From: Candidatus Dormiibacterota bacterium
GTDB taxonomy: Bacteria > Chloroflexota > Dormibacteria > Aeolococcales > Aeolococcaceae
Length of the DNA stretch: 57,838 nt
Reading direction: 5' to 3'
Assembly (NCBI GenBank): GCA_036786805.1
Contig: DAIQQM010000001.1
Span: 1-57,838 of the forward strand
The position numbers and the translations under genes are program-made. Positions 10,276 to 19,353 of this stretch are shown one piece after another. The notes beneath the pieces were generated by a model. That model searched no databases. It saw only the letters and a list, made by a program, of their open reading frames with translations, and was not told where the DNA came from. The first letter of the stretch is position 1. Every line of letters begins with the position of its first letter.

Positions 10276-11856
10276 TCAGCGCGCGAGCTCGGCGCTCTTG
10301 ATTGCCGCCCCGTAGCCGTCGGGCAATTGCCTCGGCGGCTGCGGACCGATGTACAGCGCGGACGGGCGGATCAGCCTGTTGTTGGCCGCCTGCTCCGCGA
10401 TCGCCGCCGTCCAGCCGACCGTACGGCTCGACGCGAAGGTCGGCGTGAACATGTCGGGTGGAATGCCGACGCTGTTCATCACGACGCCGGCGTAGAACTC
10501 GACGTTGGTGTAGAGGCGGCGACCCGGTTTCAGCTCGTTCAGGACGCGCAGTGCCGTTTGCTCCACCTGCACCGCGAACTCCGCCTGGGGGCCGCCCAGC
10601 TCGATCGCCACCTCGCGAAGCAGCGTCGAGCGCGGGTCATCGGTCTTGTAGACGCGGTGACCAAAGCCCATCAGGCGCTCCCCGGAGGAGATCTCGTGAC
10701 GCAGATACTCCTCCGCTCTGTCCGGCGTGCCGATGGCGTCGAGCATCGCCAGCGCCCTCGACGGGGCTCCACCGTGGAGCGGACCCGCGAGCGCGCCGAT
10801 CGCCCCGGTGAGCGCCGACCCGATGTCCGACCCCGTCGACGTGATCACCCGCGCGGTGAAGGTCGAGGAATTGAATCCGTGGTCCATGGTGAGGATCAGG
10901 TATTGCTCCAGGGCACGGATCGCCCGGGCGCTGGGCCGCTCTCCCGTGAGCATCTGGATGTAGGCGCCCACGTACCCGAGATCCGCGTCGGGCTCGATCG
11001 GCTCGAGCCCGAGGTGATGGCGGTGCAGCCGCATCAGCAGCACCGGGACGATGGCCGCCATCTTCAGGCATTCCCTTCGGACCTCATCCGCCGGGATGTC
11101 GAGCGTCGGTTTCTGCTCGAGCGCCGCACCGGCAAGTGACACCGCCGTCCGGAGCGCCATGAGCGGCGTGTAGCCGGGCAGGCCGGCGACGCGCGGCAGC
11201 AGGTCGGCGATGGTGTCGGGCAATGAGCGCGCCTCGACCGCGAGCTTCGTGAACGCCTTCAGCTGGGCGTCGTCGGGCAGCTGGCCCTCGACGAGCAGAT
11301 GCCACACCTGCTCGAACGAGCAGCGTCGCGCCAGCTCGGTGGCGTTGTACCCGCGGTAGTGGAAGAACCCCTCCTCACCACGGACGTCACCGACCGACGT
11401 CTCGGCCACGGCCACGCCCTCGAGTCCACGGGGCGCGAGTCCGGGAGGAGCCGAGCCCGCCGGCTGCACCTCTTCGATGTGGGCGACGCGCACGACGTGA
11501 CGAATCGAGAGGATGCCCGCCACCCGCTCGCCGTCCATGACGGGGAGGTGGCGGAAACGGCGCTCCCGGAAGACGTCGAGGCCGTGCTCGACGGTGTCGG
11601 TGACCGAGACCGTGACGGGGTTCTTGGTCATCACCTCCTCGACCTGTGCCGTGCCGGGATCGATGCCGTGCCCGACCGAGCGGAGGAGGTCTCGCTCGCT
11701 CACCATGCCGCGCAACCTACCCTGCCCGTCGAGGACCGCCGCCGCGCCCACGTTCGCACCGTCCAGGATCACCGAAGCCTCCGCCAGGGTGATGGTGGTG
11801 GGCACGACCACCGCCGGTTTGTGCATCACATCGGCGACGGTGAGGGAGGTGGTCAC
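10276..11856 (-). CDS. CBS-domain pair fused to citrate synthase
   Basis: 526-aa ORF. N-terminal ~125 aa hold two CBS repeats (VMHKPAVVVPTTITLAEA; VMTKNPVTVSVTDTV). The C-terminus carries citrate synthase motifs GPLHGGAPS and GFGHRVYKTDDPR. Confidence 0.9.
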   Translation of the reverse strand: MTTSLTVADVMHKPAVVVPTTITLAEASVILDGANVGAAAVLDGQGRLRGMVSERDLLRSVGHGIDPGTAQVEEVMTKNPVTVSVTDTVEHGLDVFRERRFRHLPVMDGERVAGILSIRHVVRVAHIEEVQPAGSAPPGLAPRGLEGVAVAETSVGDVRGEEGFFHYRGYNATELARRCSFEQVWHLLVEGQLPDDAQLKAFTKLAVEARSLPDTIADLLPRVAGLPGYTPLMALRTAVSLAGAALEQKPTLDIPADEVRRECLKMAAIVPVLLMRLHRHHLGLEPIEPDADLGYVGAYIQMLTGERPSARAIRALEQYLILTMDHGFNSSTFTARVITSTGSDIGSALTGAIGALAGPLHGGAPSRALAMLDAIGTPDRAEEYLRHEISSGERLMGFGHRVYKTDDPRSTLLREVAIELGGPQAEFAVQVEQTALRVLNELKPGRRLYTNVEFYAGVVMNSVGIPPDMFTPTFASSRTVGWTAAIAEQAANNRLIRPSALYIGPQPPRQLPDGYGAAIKSAELAR

Positions 11857-11955
11857 GGTGTCAGTCTAGCGCTGTGTCCCAGGGATCTCGGCGCCCCTCC
11901 GCCCATGATCGGTCAGCGCGGCGAGCCGCCTGAGCGTCACGATCTGGCGATCACC

Positions 11956-13431
11956 ATGACCGGCGACACCGTCCCGTACGCCCGACCCAGCGGCGACATG
12001 GAACCCGATGCCTACCGCGACGCGGCGCGCCGCGTGGCCGACTGGACCGCCGACTATCTCCGCGACGTCGAACGGTTCCCCGTGCTGAGCCAGGCTCAGC
12101 CGGGCTCTGTGCGGCGCGGCCTGCCGGCGACGCCGCCGGTCGACGGCGAATCGATCGAATCGATGCTCGCAGACATCGAGGAACTGCTCCTCCCCGCGAC
12201 CACCCACTGGCAATCACCCGGGTTCATGGCCTACTTCGCGTCAACCGGCTCCGGGCCGGGGATACTCGGTGAAACGCTCGCCGCGGCCATGAACGTCAAC
12301 GCGATGCTCTGGCGGACCGCGCCGGCGGCGACCGAGCTGGAACAGGTGACCCTCGACTGGCTCCGGCAGATGGTGGGGCTTCCCCAACCGCTGTTCGGGG
12401 TGATCAACGACACCGCATCATCGAGCACGCTCTACGCGCTGGCTGCGGCGCGAGAGGCCCAGACCGACCTCCGCATTCGCGAGCTGGGCATGGCCGGACG
12501 CTCCGACCTTCCGCGCTTGCGCTTCTACGCCTCGAGCGAGGCGCACTCTTCTGTCGAGAAGGCGGGCATCGTGCTCGGCATCGGCAGGGATGGATTGCGC
12601 CGCATCCCGGTCGACGAACGCTTTCGCATGGACCCGGTCGCCCTCCGCCACGCGATTCTCGAAGACATCGCGGCCGGGATCCGGCCCTTCGCCGTCGTCG
12701 CCACCACCGGAACGACCTCGACGACCAGTGTCGACCCCGTCCCGGCGATCGCGGCACTTTGCGAGCAGCATGGACTGTGGCTCCACGTCGACGCGGCGTA
12801 CGGCGGCGCCGCGGCCGTCGCGCCGGAGCTCCGCTGGGTGCTCGACGGTGCGGAACGCGCCGACTCGATCGTCGTCAATCCACACAAGTGGCTCTTCACA
12901 CCCATCGACTGCAGCGTGCTGTGGACACGCCGTCCCGACGTCCTTCGCGACGCATTCTCGATCGTCCCCGAGTACCTCACCACCGCCGACGGCTCGGAGC
13001 GTGACGCACCGAATCTCATGGACTACGGAACGTCACTCGGTCGCCGGATGCGGGCTCTCAAGCTGTGGATGGTGATCCGTCATTTCGGAACCGAGGGAAT
13101 CGCGCAGCGCATTCGCGAGCATTGCGAGTACGCGTCCATGCTCGCCCGCTGGGTCGACGCCGAGCGCGATTTCGAACTGCTCGCACCCGCACCGCTGAGT
13201 GTCGTGTGCCTGCGTGCGCATCCACCCGGCCTCGATGATCCGGGAACGCTGGACATGCTGAACCAGCGCATTGTCGAGCGAATCAACAATGGTGGTCGTT
13301 TCTTCCTGAGTCACACGAAACTGCGCGGCGAGTACGCGATCCGCGTTGCCTTCGGCAACCTGCGCCAGGAAGCGAGTCATGCGCACGGAGTGATCGCCGC
13401 CCTGCGAGGTGCCATCGACGATGTAGCATGA
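11956..13431 (+). CDS. Group II PLP-dependent decarboxylase (aromatic-L-amino-acid decarboxylase family)
   Basis: HVDAAYGGAA and VVNPHKWLFTPIDCS (PLP lysine). Start placed at ATG 11956, because the track's upstream 219 aa are antisense to citrate synthase. Confidence 0.88.
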   Translation: MTGDTVPYARPSGDMEPDAYRDAARRVADWTADYLRDVERFPVLSQAQPGSVRRGLPATPPVDGESIESMLADIEELLLPATTHWQSPGFMAYFASTGSGPGILGETLAAAMNVNAMLWRTAPAATELEQVTLDWLRQMVGLPQPLFGVINDTASSSTLYALAAAREAQTDLRIRELGMAGRSDLPRLRFYASSEAHSSVEKAGIVLGIGRDGLRRIPVDERFRMDPVALRHAILEDIAAGIRPFAVVATTGTTSTTSVDPVPAIAALCEQHGLWLHVDAAYGGAAAVAPELRWVLDGAERADSIVVNPHKWLFTPIDCSVLWTRRPDVLRDAFSIVPEYLTTADGSERDAPNLMDYGTSLGRRMRALKLWMVIRHFGTEGIAQRIREHCEYASMLARWVDAERDFELLAPAPLSVVCLRAHPPGLDDPGTLDMLNQRIVERINNGGRFFLSHTKLRGEYAIRVAFGNLRQEASHAHGVIAALRGAIDDVA

Positions 13432-13437
13432 AGCGCA

Positions 13438-14607
13438 ATGTTCCGCGCCCTCGGGGCGAGACTCACCCTCGACTACAAGGGGGTGGCCGGAGCTGCGCTT
13501 TTCGAAGCAGCGGCTCAGCGAATGTGGATCTGGGCAACGACTGGTCTTAAGACTGCAACGGATTTGTTGACTGAGGGTGAGTTTCAGGAAGATGGCCTGA
13601 CGGTCAGCGTCGTGCGTTGCGACAGCGGCGACCAATCGCTCTGTCGCGTCGCGCTGCAGCGGCCGGATGAATGGGATCCGTCGATTCTCTGGTTGACCAC
13701 TGTCGACGCCGTTCGCACCGGCGACACCGTCGAGGTCGGGGTCTCCGTGGAGCAGGACCTCCGCCATCTTCGCGTGCCGCCATCCCCGCTTGCACCCCCG
13801 CTCGTGGCCCTGCTCCACGACTTCGTCAACGAGGGCGCGACGGCCGGCACGCAGCGGCTCCGCGCGACGCCGGACTCGCTGATGGGCAGCGAGCGCATCG
13901 ACTGGTTCGTGCAGTCGTGCCTCCTCGACCCGGGCCGGCGACTCCCGGTCGTGCTCTTCAGCGCGATAAAGGAGGAGGACGGCGTCTATCCGATCAACGC
14001 CGGCAATCCGGCGCTCACCGCTCGCGAGCTGTGCGGGTTCGCGCACGTCTATGTCATGCCTCGCGTCGAGGACTCGCACCGGCTCACCAAACGCCTCGGC
14101 ATGCTCTCGGTCTACGACGGCGCCGTGCGCATCTACTGGCCGCGCTTCCGGCTCACCGACCCACCCCCACGCCATCCGCTGCACCTCCGCCAGCGGCTCA
14201 ACACCGCCAGTGGCCCTGCCATCATTCGTCGTGTGGTCGAGGCCGGCGCGCGCTCCTACCGTCCCCCGGACGGCACCGGGACTCTGCTGGCAACGCGCTG
14301 GCGCGAGCATGAGGAAGAGCGGATCGCGGCGATCGGCGGGGAGGCCGACCCCGCGCGTCAGGCAGCCCTGCTGCGCGACGAGCTCCTCCGCGTCATCGAC
14401 GCCAAGGTGGCGCTCGAGCGCGAGATGGAGGCGATGCGCCTTCAGCTCACCCGATCCTCGGAACGCGCTGACGACCACGATTCGCAGCTGACCGGCGTCC
14501 GCACGGCTCCGGGACCCGGATCCGCGAAGGAACTCGCCGGGAGGCCGGCGGCGCCGGGTCGCGAGGCGATTCCCGCGGACCCCGCAGACGCCGCCTCGCG
14601 GGACTGA
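13438..14607 (+). CDS. Hypothetical protein, 389 aa, with a predicted coiled-coil/acidic C-terminus
   Basis: High GC3 in this frame. 6 nt after the upstream decarboxylase stop and 2 nt before the glutamate decarboxylase start. I recognise no catalytic or binding motif. C-terminal EEERIAAIGGEADPARQAALLRDELLRVIDAKVALEREMEAMRLQL is heptad-like. Confidence 0.65.
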   Translation: MFRALGARLTLDYKGVAGAALFEAAAQRMWIWATTGLKTATDLLTEGEFQEDGLTVSVVRCDSGDQSLCRVALQRPDEWDPSILWLTTVDAVRTGDTVEVGVSVEQDLRHLRVPPSPLAPPLVALLHDFVNEGATAGTQRLRATPDSLMGSERIDWFVQSCLLDPGRRLPVVLFSAIKEEDGVYPINAGNPALTARELCGFAHVYVMPRVEDSHRLTKRLGMLSVYDGAVRIYWPRFRLTDPPPRHPLHLRQRLNTASGPAIIRRVVEAGARSYRPPDGTGTLLATRWREHEEERIAAIGGEADPARQAALLRDELLRVIDAKVALEREMEAMRLQLTRSSERADDHDSQLTGVRTAPGPGSAKELAGRPAAPGREAIPADPADAASRD

Positions 14608-14609
14608 CG

Positions 14610-15998
14610 ATGCCGCTCCACCATCGCAGCCTCGACGCCGCCGACGCGACGGTCGAGATCAATCCGATGTACACCCGGCACGGCGAGACGCGAACCGTCC
14701 CGAAGCTGCACCTTCCCCAGAACGAGCTCCCTCCGGACCTCGCGTATCAGATCGTGCACGACGAGCTCATGCTCGACGGCAACGCGCGCCTCAACCTCGC
14801 GACCTTCGTGACCACGTGGATGGAGCCGCAGGCGCAGCGCCTCATGGACGAGTCGGTCGACAAGAACGTCATCGACAAGGACGAGTATCCGCAGACCGCC
14901 GAGCTCGAGCGTCGATGCGTCCACATGCTGGCCGGGCTCTGGCACGTACCGGGACCGCACGGCGGGGTGGGCTGCTCCACGACCGGCTCGAGCGAAGCCG
15001 CGATGCTCGCCGGGCTCGCTCTGAAGTGGCGGTGGCGCATGCGAAGGAGCGCTGCCGCGCTGCCGGTCGGCAAACCGAACCTCGTGATGGGCATCAATGT
15101 CCAGGTGTGCTGGGAGAAGTTCTGCCGCTACTGGGACGTCGAGCCGCGGTACGTGCCCATGGAGGGCGAACGACGCCATCTGACGGCCGAAACCGCGATC
15201 CCGCTCTGTGACGAGAACACGATCGGTGTCGTCGCGGTCCTCGGCTCGACACAGGACGGCAGCTACGAGCCGGTCGCCGCCATCGCCGCCGCGCTCCAGC
15301 AGCTCGCAGCGAGCGGTGGACCCGACATACCGGTGCACGTCGACGCCGCGTCCGGCGGTTTCATCGCGCCGTTCATTCAGCCCGACCTCGTGTGGGACTT
15401 CCGTCTGGATCGAGTGGTCTCGATCAACACCTCCGGCCACAAGTACGGTCTCGTCTACCCCGGTGTGGGGTGGGTGGTCTGGCGTGATCGCGAGTCGCTC
15501 CCGGAAGACCTCATCTTTAATGTGAACTACCTGGGCGGGAGCATGCCGACCTTCGCACTCAACTTCTCGCGTTCCGGCTCCAACGTGATCGCCCAGTACT
15601 ACCAGCTCATCCGGCTCGGCTTCGAGGGATACCGCCGCGTGCAGCAGGCGTGTCAGGACACCGCGCTCCATCTCTCCTCCCAGATCGCGAAGCTCGGTCC
15701 GTTCCGCCTCCTCACCGACGGCAGCGACCTTCCCGTCTTCGCCTTCACTGTCGATCCCGATGCCGGCTACAGCGTGTACGACGTGTCGGATGCGCTGCGC
15801 AAGCGCGGCTGGCAGGTCCCCGCCTACACGCTGTGCGCCAACCTCGAAACCACATCGGTGCTCCGCGTGGTGGTGCGCAACGGATTCTCGCGCGACCTGT
15901 CAGACCTGCTGGTCGACGATCTCAAACGCAAGGTGGGCCTGCTGCGGCACCATGCCCCGTCGCAGTCGCACGCGGATCGCCAGCGCTTTCACCACTGA
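14610..15998 (+). CDS. gadB: Glutamate decarboxylase
   Basis: IVHDELMLDGNARLNLATFVTTWMEP, HVDAASGGFIAPF and NTSGHKYGLVYPGVGWVVWRD (PLP lysine). Confidence 0.93.
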   Translation: MPLHHRSLDAADATVEINPMYTRHGETRTVPKLHLPQNELPPDLAYQIVHDELMLDGNARLNLATFVTTWMEPQAQRLMDESVDKNVIDKDEYPQTAELERRCVHMLAGLWHVPGPHGGVGCSTTGSSEAAMLAGLALKWRWRMRRSAAALPVGKPNLVMGINVQVCWEKFCRYWDVEPRYVPMEGERRHLTAETAIPLCDENTIGVVAVLGSTQDGSYEPVAAIAAALQQLAASGGPDIPVHVDAASGGFIAPFIQPDLVWDFRLDRVVSINTSGHKYGLVYPGVGWVVWRDRESLPEDLIFNVNYLGGSMPTFALNFSRSGSNVIAQYYQLIRLGFEGYRRVQQACQDTALHLSSQIAKLGPFRLLTDGSDLPVFAFTVDPDAGYSVYDVSDALRKRGWQVPAYTLCANLETTSVLRVVVRNGFSRDLSDLLVDDLKRKVGLLRHHAPSQSHADRQRFHH

Positions 15999-16004
15999 CC
16001 CGGA

Positions 16005-16904
16005 TCACGCGAGTCGCGCATTCCTCCGGGGCGTGCGCCCGGATATCACGCGTGTGACCCCGAGCTCGTCCTTCGTCCAGGTCACGTCGACGAGACGCGC
16101 TGCGCGAAGCGCCGCCTGTGTCCGCCGCGACAGGTAGGTGCCGACCTCGACGAGCACGAAACCGCCCGGCTTGAGCCAGCCGTGCGCTTCGGCGGCGAGC
16201 CTGCGCACCAGACCGAGCCCGTCGTCGGAGCCGTCGGTGAGCGACTGGAGTGGCTCGAATTCGCGGATCTCCTTGGGCAGTTCCTTCAGGTCACGGCGGA
16301 GGACATACGGCGGATGGATGGTGAAGACATCGATCTCACCGCGCAGCCGGCGCGGCAGTGCGTCGAGAAGGTCTCCCGCGCGGAAGTGCGCGTTGCGGAG
16401 TCCGAGGTGACGTGCGTTGTCCTTGCCGAGGGCGGCCGCATCCTCGGAGATGTCGACACCCCAGACCTCGGCGCCGCGCACCTCGTTGGCGATGGCGAGC
16501 GCCACCGGGCCGGCGCCGGTTGCGACGTCGACGGCGACGCGCTGCCCGCGGCGCCGGCGCAACGCCCGGACGGCCTCCGCGGCGAGAAGCTCGCTCGAGG
16601 CGCGAGGCACGAAGACGCCCTCGCGCACCAGGAGATCCAGCCCGCGAAACGCGTAGTGGCCCTTGATCCGGGGGATCGGCTCACCGTTGACGCGCCGCGA
16701 CACCATCGCCGCAAAACGCTGCTTCGACTCGCCGTCGAGCACGCGCCCGAGGAGTGCCGGTGTGAGCCGTCGGCCGAGCACTTCGCTCATCAACTCCTCG
16801 GCGTCGTACCGTCCGAGGTTTCGGTCCCAATGATCGATCGCCGTCGACTTGTCGATCTTGCGAATGGCCTTGTCGATGTGCTCGGAGACGGTGATGGCGG
16901 GCAT
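16005..16904 (-). CDS. HemK/PrmC-like N5-glutamine-type SAM methyltransferase paralog
   Basis: SAM motif VDVATGAGPVALAIA. Substrate motif IHPPY where PrmC/PrmB have NPPY. No adjacent prfA. Confidence 0.8.
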   Translation of the reverse strand: MPAITVSEHIDKAIRKIDKSTAIDHWDRNLGRYDAEELMSEVLGRRLTPALLGRVLDGESKQRFAAMVSRRVNGEPIPRIKGHYAFRGLDLLVREGVFVPRASSELLAAEAVRALRRRRGQRVAVDVATGAGPVALAIANEVRGAEVWGVDISEDAAALGKDNARHLGLRNAHFRAGDLLDALPRRLRGEIDVFTIHPPYVLRRDLKELPKEIREFEPLQSLTDGSDDGLGLVRRLAAEAHGWLKPGGFVLVEVGTYLSRRTQAALRAARLVDVTWTKDELGVTRVISGRTPRRNARLA

Positions 16905-16954
16905 TGACCGCGCATGGTAAGCGCTCGCGCGACGGTCACGCGCACCATGTCGGC

Positions 16955-17149
16955 GTGCGTGTGACTCCCGCGCCGGACCGGGGCCTGTGTGCGTCGTGCG
17001 TGCACGCGCGGGTGGTCACGGGCGTTCGCTCGACGTTCGTCCTGTGCGGGATGGCCGGCAGCGACGGGCGCTTTCCACGGTACCCGGCGCTCCCCGTGCG
17101 CCGATGCGACGGGTACACGGTGGTGCGGCCTCAGGCGACCCGCGACTGA
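16955..17149 (+). CDS. Small cysteine-rich conserved hypothetical protein (about 64 aa)
   Basis: CASCVHARVV...RSTFVLCG...FPRYPALPVRRCDGY gives a 4-Cys arrangement that I recall from small actinobacterial hypothetical proteins. Start is uncertain (GTG 16955 or 16961; the track uses TTG 16904). Confidence 0.4.
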   Translation: MRVTPAPDRGLCASCVHARVVTGVRSTFVLCGMAGSDGRFPRYPALPVRRCDGYTVVRPQATRD

Positions 17150-18234
17150 CCCCTGCCGCGTCGTGACCGTTCGCGATGCGGCAGATACGATCGATCGCCG
17201 ATCCAGGGTGCGGGTGGAACACCGAGACCCTTGGTTGTCTGGTTGAGCCAGGCGCCGTACTTGCTGCGCATCGTGCTGAAGTCGGTCCATGCACGGTCGG
17301 GGTTGTGCAGCTGGTACCCGGCGCGCTCGAGACGGTCGCATGCCTCGACGAATTCCTCGCGCTCGACCCCGGGAACCGCCTCGCCCTCGTAGCGAAAGTG
17401 ATCGCGCATGTCGGCGACGAAGTGCGCGCCGACCTTGAGCATGAGGCGGGCCTGGCCCACCGGTCCGCCCTCCACCGTGGTGAGCACGAGGGTCGCCGCG
17501 TCCATCACCGCGCCGAACGAGTTGGCCCATGCCTCGTTGTCGTGGCTCGAGCGGAAATAGAAGAGCAGCGGGTAGGAGAGATGGCTCTCGATCACGTCGA
17601 CCGTCCACAAACGCCATTCATCGAATGTCGCGGCGAGCTGCTCCGGCATGGCGTCCCTGGCGCACGTCTCGAGCAGTTGCACGCCGGATGGCGGTGCGCC
17701 GGCGAGCGCATCGAGCGCCACCACGGCCGTCTCGCGGCGCTGGAACGAGCTGAACAGCGAGAAGAGCAGGCTGATGACCAGCGCGAACAGGCCGAAGCCG
17801 CTCGCGGCTTCGATCGCGGCGAAGGTTCGAGTCGCGATCCCGGTCGCCTCGATGCCGTCAACCGAGAACGCGAGCATCCGTCCCGCCGAGAAGTAGAGCG
17901 TCGACCCGAAGGAATCGGGCTGCGGCTGCAGGCCGGCATGGAGACCGCTGAAGATGAGTGTGTATCCGAGGATCAGCGCGAACCCCCAGAGGATGAGCAG
18001 CCCCACCAGCATCAGTGGCGCGAAAGCGGCGAGGACGGATTCGCGAGTCTGCAGTCTCCTCGGGCCCTCGGCGAGCTTTCGCCAGACGCGCCATGCGCCG
18101 CGGACGAGCGTGAAGCTGATGCGAAACCGACCCACCGCGGGTCGCGGCATGACCACCGACTGGAAGAGATCGTAGATCGTGACCAGCACGATCACAGCGC
18201 CACCGCCGATCTGGAGTCCGTCGGTAACGCTCAT
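17131..18234 (-). CDS. Membrane protein with a K+-channel-like pore region lacking the selectivity filter, plus a soluble C-terminal domain
   Basis: 367-aa ORF. TM helices flank STLYFSAGRMLAFSVDGIEATG, which resembles a pore helix (xLYFSxxT) but has no TVGYG. About 190 aa of soluble C-terminal domain. Confidence 0.65.
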   Translation of the reverse strand: MSVTDGLQIGGGAVIVLVTIYDLFQSVVMPRPAVGRFRISFTLVRGAWRVWRKLAEGPRRLQTRESVLAAFAPLMLVGLLILWGFALILGYTLIFSGLHAGLQPQPDSFGSTLYFSAGRMLAFSVDGIEATGIATRTFAAIEAASGFGLFALVISLLFSLFSSFQRRETAVVALDALAGAPPSGVQLLETCARDAMPEQLAATFDEWRLWTVDVIESHLSYPLLFYFRSSHDNEAWANSFGAVMDAATLVLTTVEGGPVGQARLMLKVGAHFVADMRDHFRYEGEAVPGVEREEFVEACDRLERAGYQLHNPDRAWTDFSTMRSKYGAWLNQTTKGLGVPPAPWIGDRSYLPHRERSRRGRGQSRVA

Positions 18235-18253
18235 CGATCAGGGACCAGACGGT

Positions 18254-18463
18254 TCACGCATCCAGCTGGCGGCGCATCTCGGCGATTTCCGCCAGAACCT
18301 CCTGCAGCGCCTCAACGTCCTCGGAGTCGGCCGCGATGCGTCGCAGGGCGGCGAGCTCCGCGATCACACTGTCCATCGTGTCGATGGTGTGGGGCGGATC
18401 GTCCCAGCGTCTCGAGAGCAGCCGAAGGCCGAGTGCCCTCGCCTCTTCGGCAACGTGACTCAC
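18254..18463 (-). CDS. Small helical hypothetical protein (69 aa)
   Basis: ORF ends 20 nt upstream of the channel-like gene on the same strand. Acidic, helical composition. No recognisable motif. Confidence 0.35.
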   Translation of the reverse strand: MSHVAEEARALGLRLLSRRWDDPPHTIDTMDSVIAELAALRRIAADSEDVEALQEVLAEIAEMRRQLDA

Positions 18464-18562
18464 GTGAGCCGGCTCATCGAGTCTGCCCTGCAGAGCACGC
18501 AGCCCCGCGCGATGCGCGAAAGCGCTCCTGCCGTGGTCATGCGCCCGATGGTACGGCGGCGA

Positions 18563-19345
18563 TCACAGCCCTCGTTGTGCGAGCACCAGCAACGTCGAGT
18601 AATGGTAGGTCAGCGTTCCCCCGAGCGTGTCGATGACGTCGCCGAGAGCATCGAGCAGCGCACGGCGCCGGCCGTCGGGCAGGCGGACGTGATCACTGTG
18701 CGTTGCGATGAGCTCGAGCCAGCTCGCGCGGTCGTACACGGTGTCCCATGGATATCCCTGCGCCTCGACGCCGGTGAACATCCCGCCTTCGACGAACTCG
18801 TGCAACCGATCCTCAGGCTCGTCGATCGGATTGATTGCCACGTTGGTCGCGGCGATCTCCGGTGCGAGCCGCATGTACACGGCGTCGAGCTTCTCCCGCA
18901 CGCCGGTGTCCGGCCACCCGCGATTCCAGAACACGGCGAGATGGCCACCGGGGCGAAGCACCGAGCCTGCTTTGGCAACGCCCAGCGTGGGGTTGACCCA
19001 ATGCCACGCCTGCCCCGAGACGATGAGGTCGAAGACACGGCCGCGCGGTTCCCAGGTCTCGAACGTCGACTCCTCGACCGCGATCCCGTGGCCTCGAGCT
19101 ATGGCCGCCATCGAGGGGTCGGGCTCGACGCCGAGGATGTCGCAGCCACGGTCGGCGAGCAGTCGCGCGACCTTGCCGGTACCGCACCCGACATCGAGAA
19201 CCCGTCGCGGCGAGAGATCAATGAGCGCGTCGATGAGCGCCTCGGGGTACGACGGCCTCGCCCTGTCGTAGAGCTCGGCAACGCCGCCGAACGAGAGGGC
19301 ACGGGCCCGATCCTCGTGCATGCGCTCGGAGTGGTGGCCCGGCAT
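18563..19345 (-). CDS. Class I SAM-dependent methyltransferase
   Basis: VLDVGCGTGKVARLLADRGCDILGVEPD motif I/II. Confidence 0.85.
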   Translation of the reverse strand: MPGHHSERMHEDRARALSFGGVAELYDRARPSYPEALIDALIDLSPRRVLDVGCGTGKVARLLADRGCDILGVEPDPSMAAIARGHGIAVEESTFETWEPRGRVFDLIVSGQAWHWVNPTLGVAKAGSVLRPGGHLAVFWNRGWPDTGVREKLDAVYMRLAPEIAATNVAINPIDEPEDRLHEFVEGGMFTGVEAQGYPWDTVYDRASWLELIATHSDHVRLPDGRRRALLDALGDVIDTLGGTLTYHYSTLLVLAQRGL

Positions 19346-19353
19346 GGACCCGG

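Noticed and set aside
11299-11955. N-terminal 219 aa of track ORF 11299-13431.
   Set aside because: This part is antisense to the citrate synthase gene and has no decarboxylase similarity. The decarboxylase homology begins at the ATG at 11956.
13033-15671. Long - strand ORFs 13033-14478 (481 aa) and 14442-15671 (409 aa).
   Set aside because: They are antisense to the unknown 389-aa gene and to glutamate decarboxylase. Their sequences are Arg/Gly/His-rich junk with no motifs. The + frames carry the GC3 signal and, for glutamate decarboxylase, unmistakable motifs.
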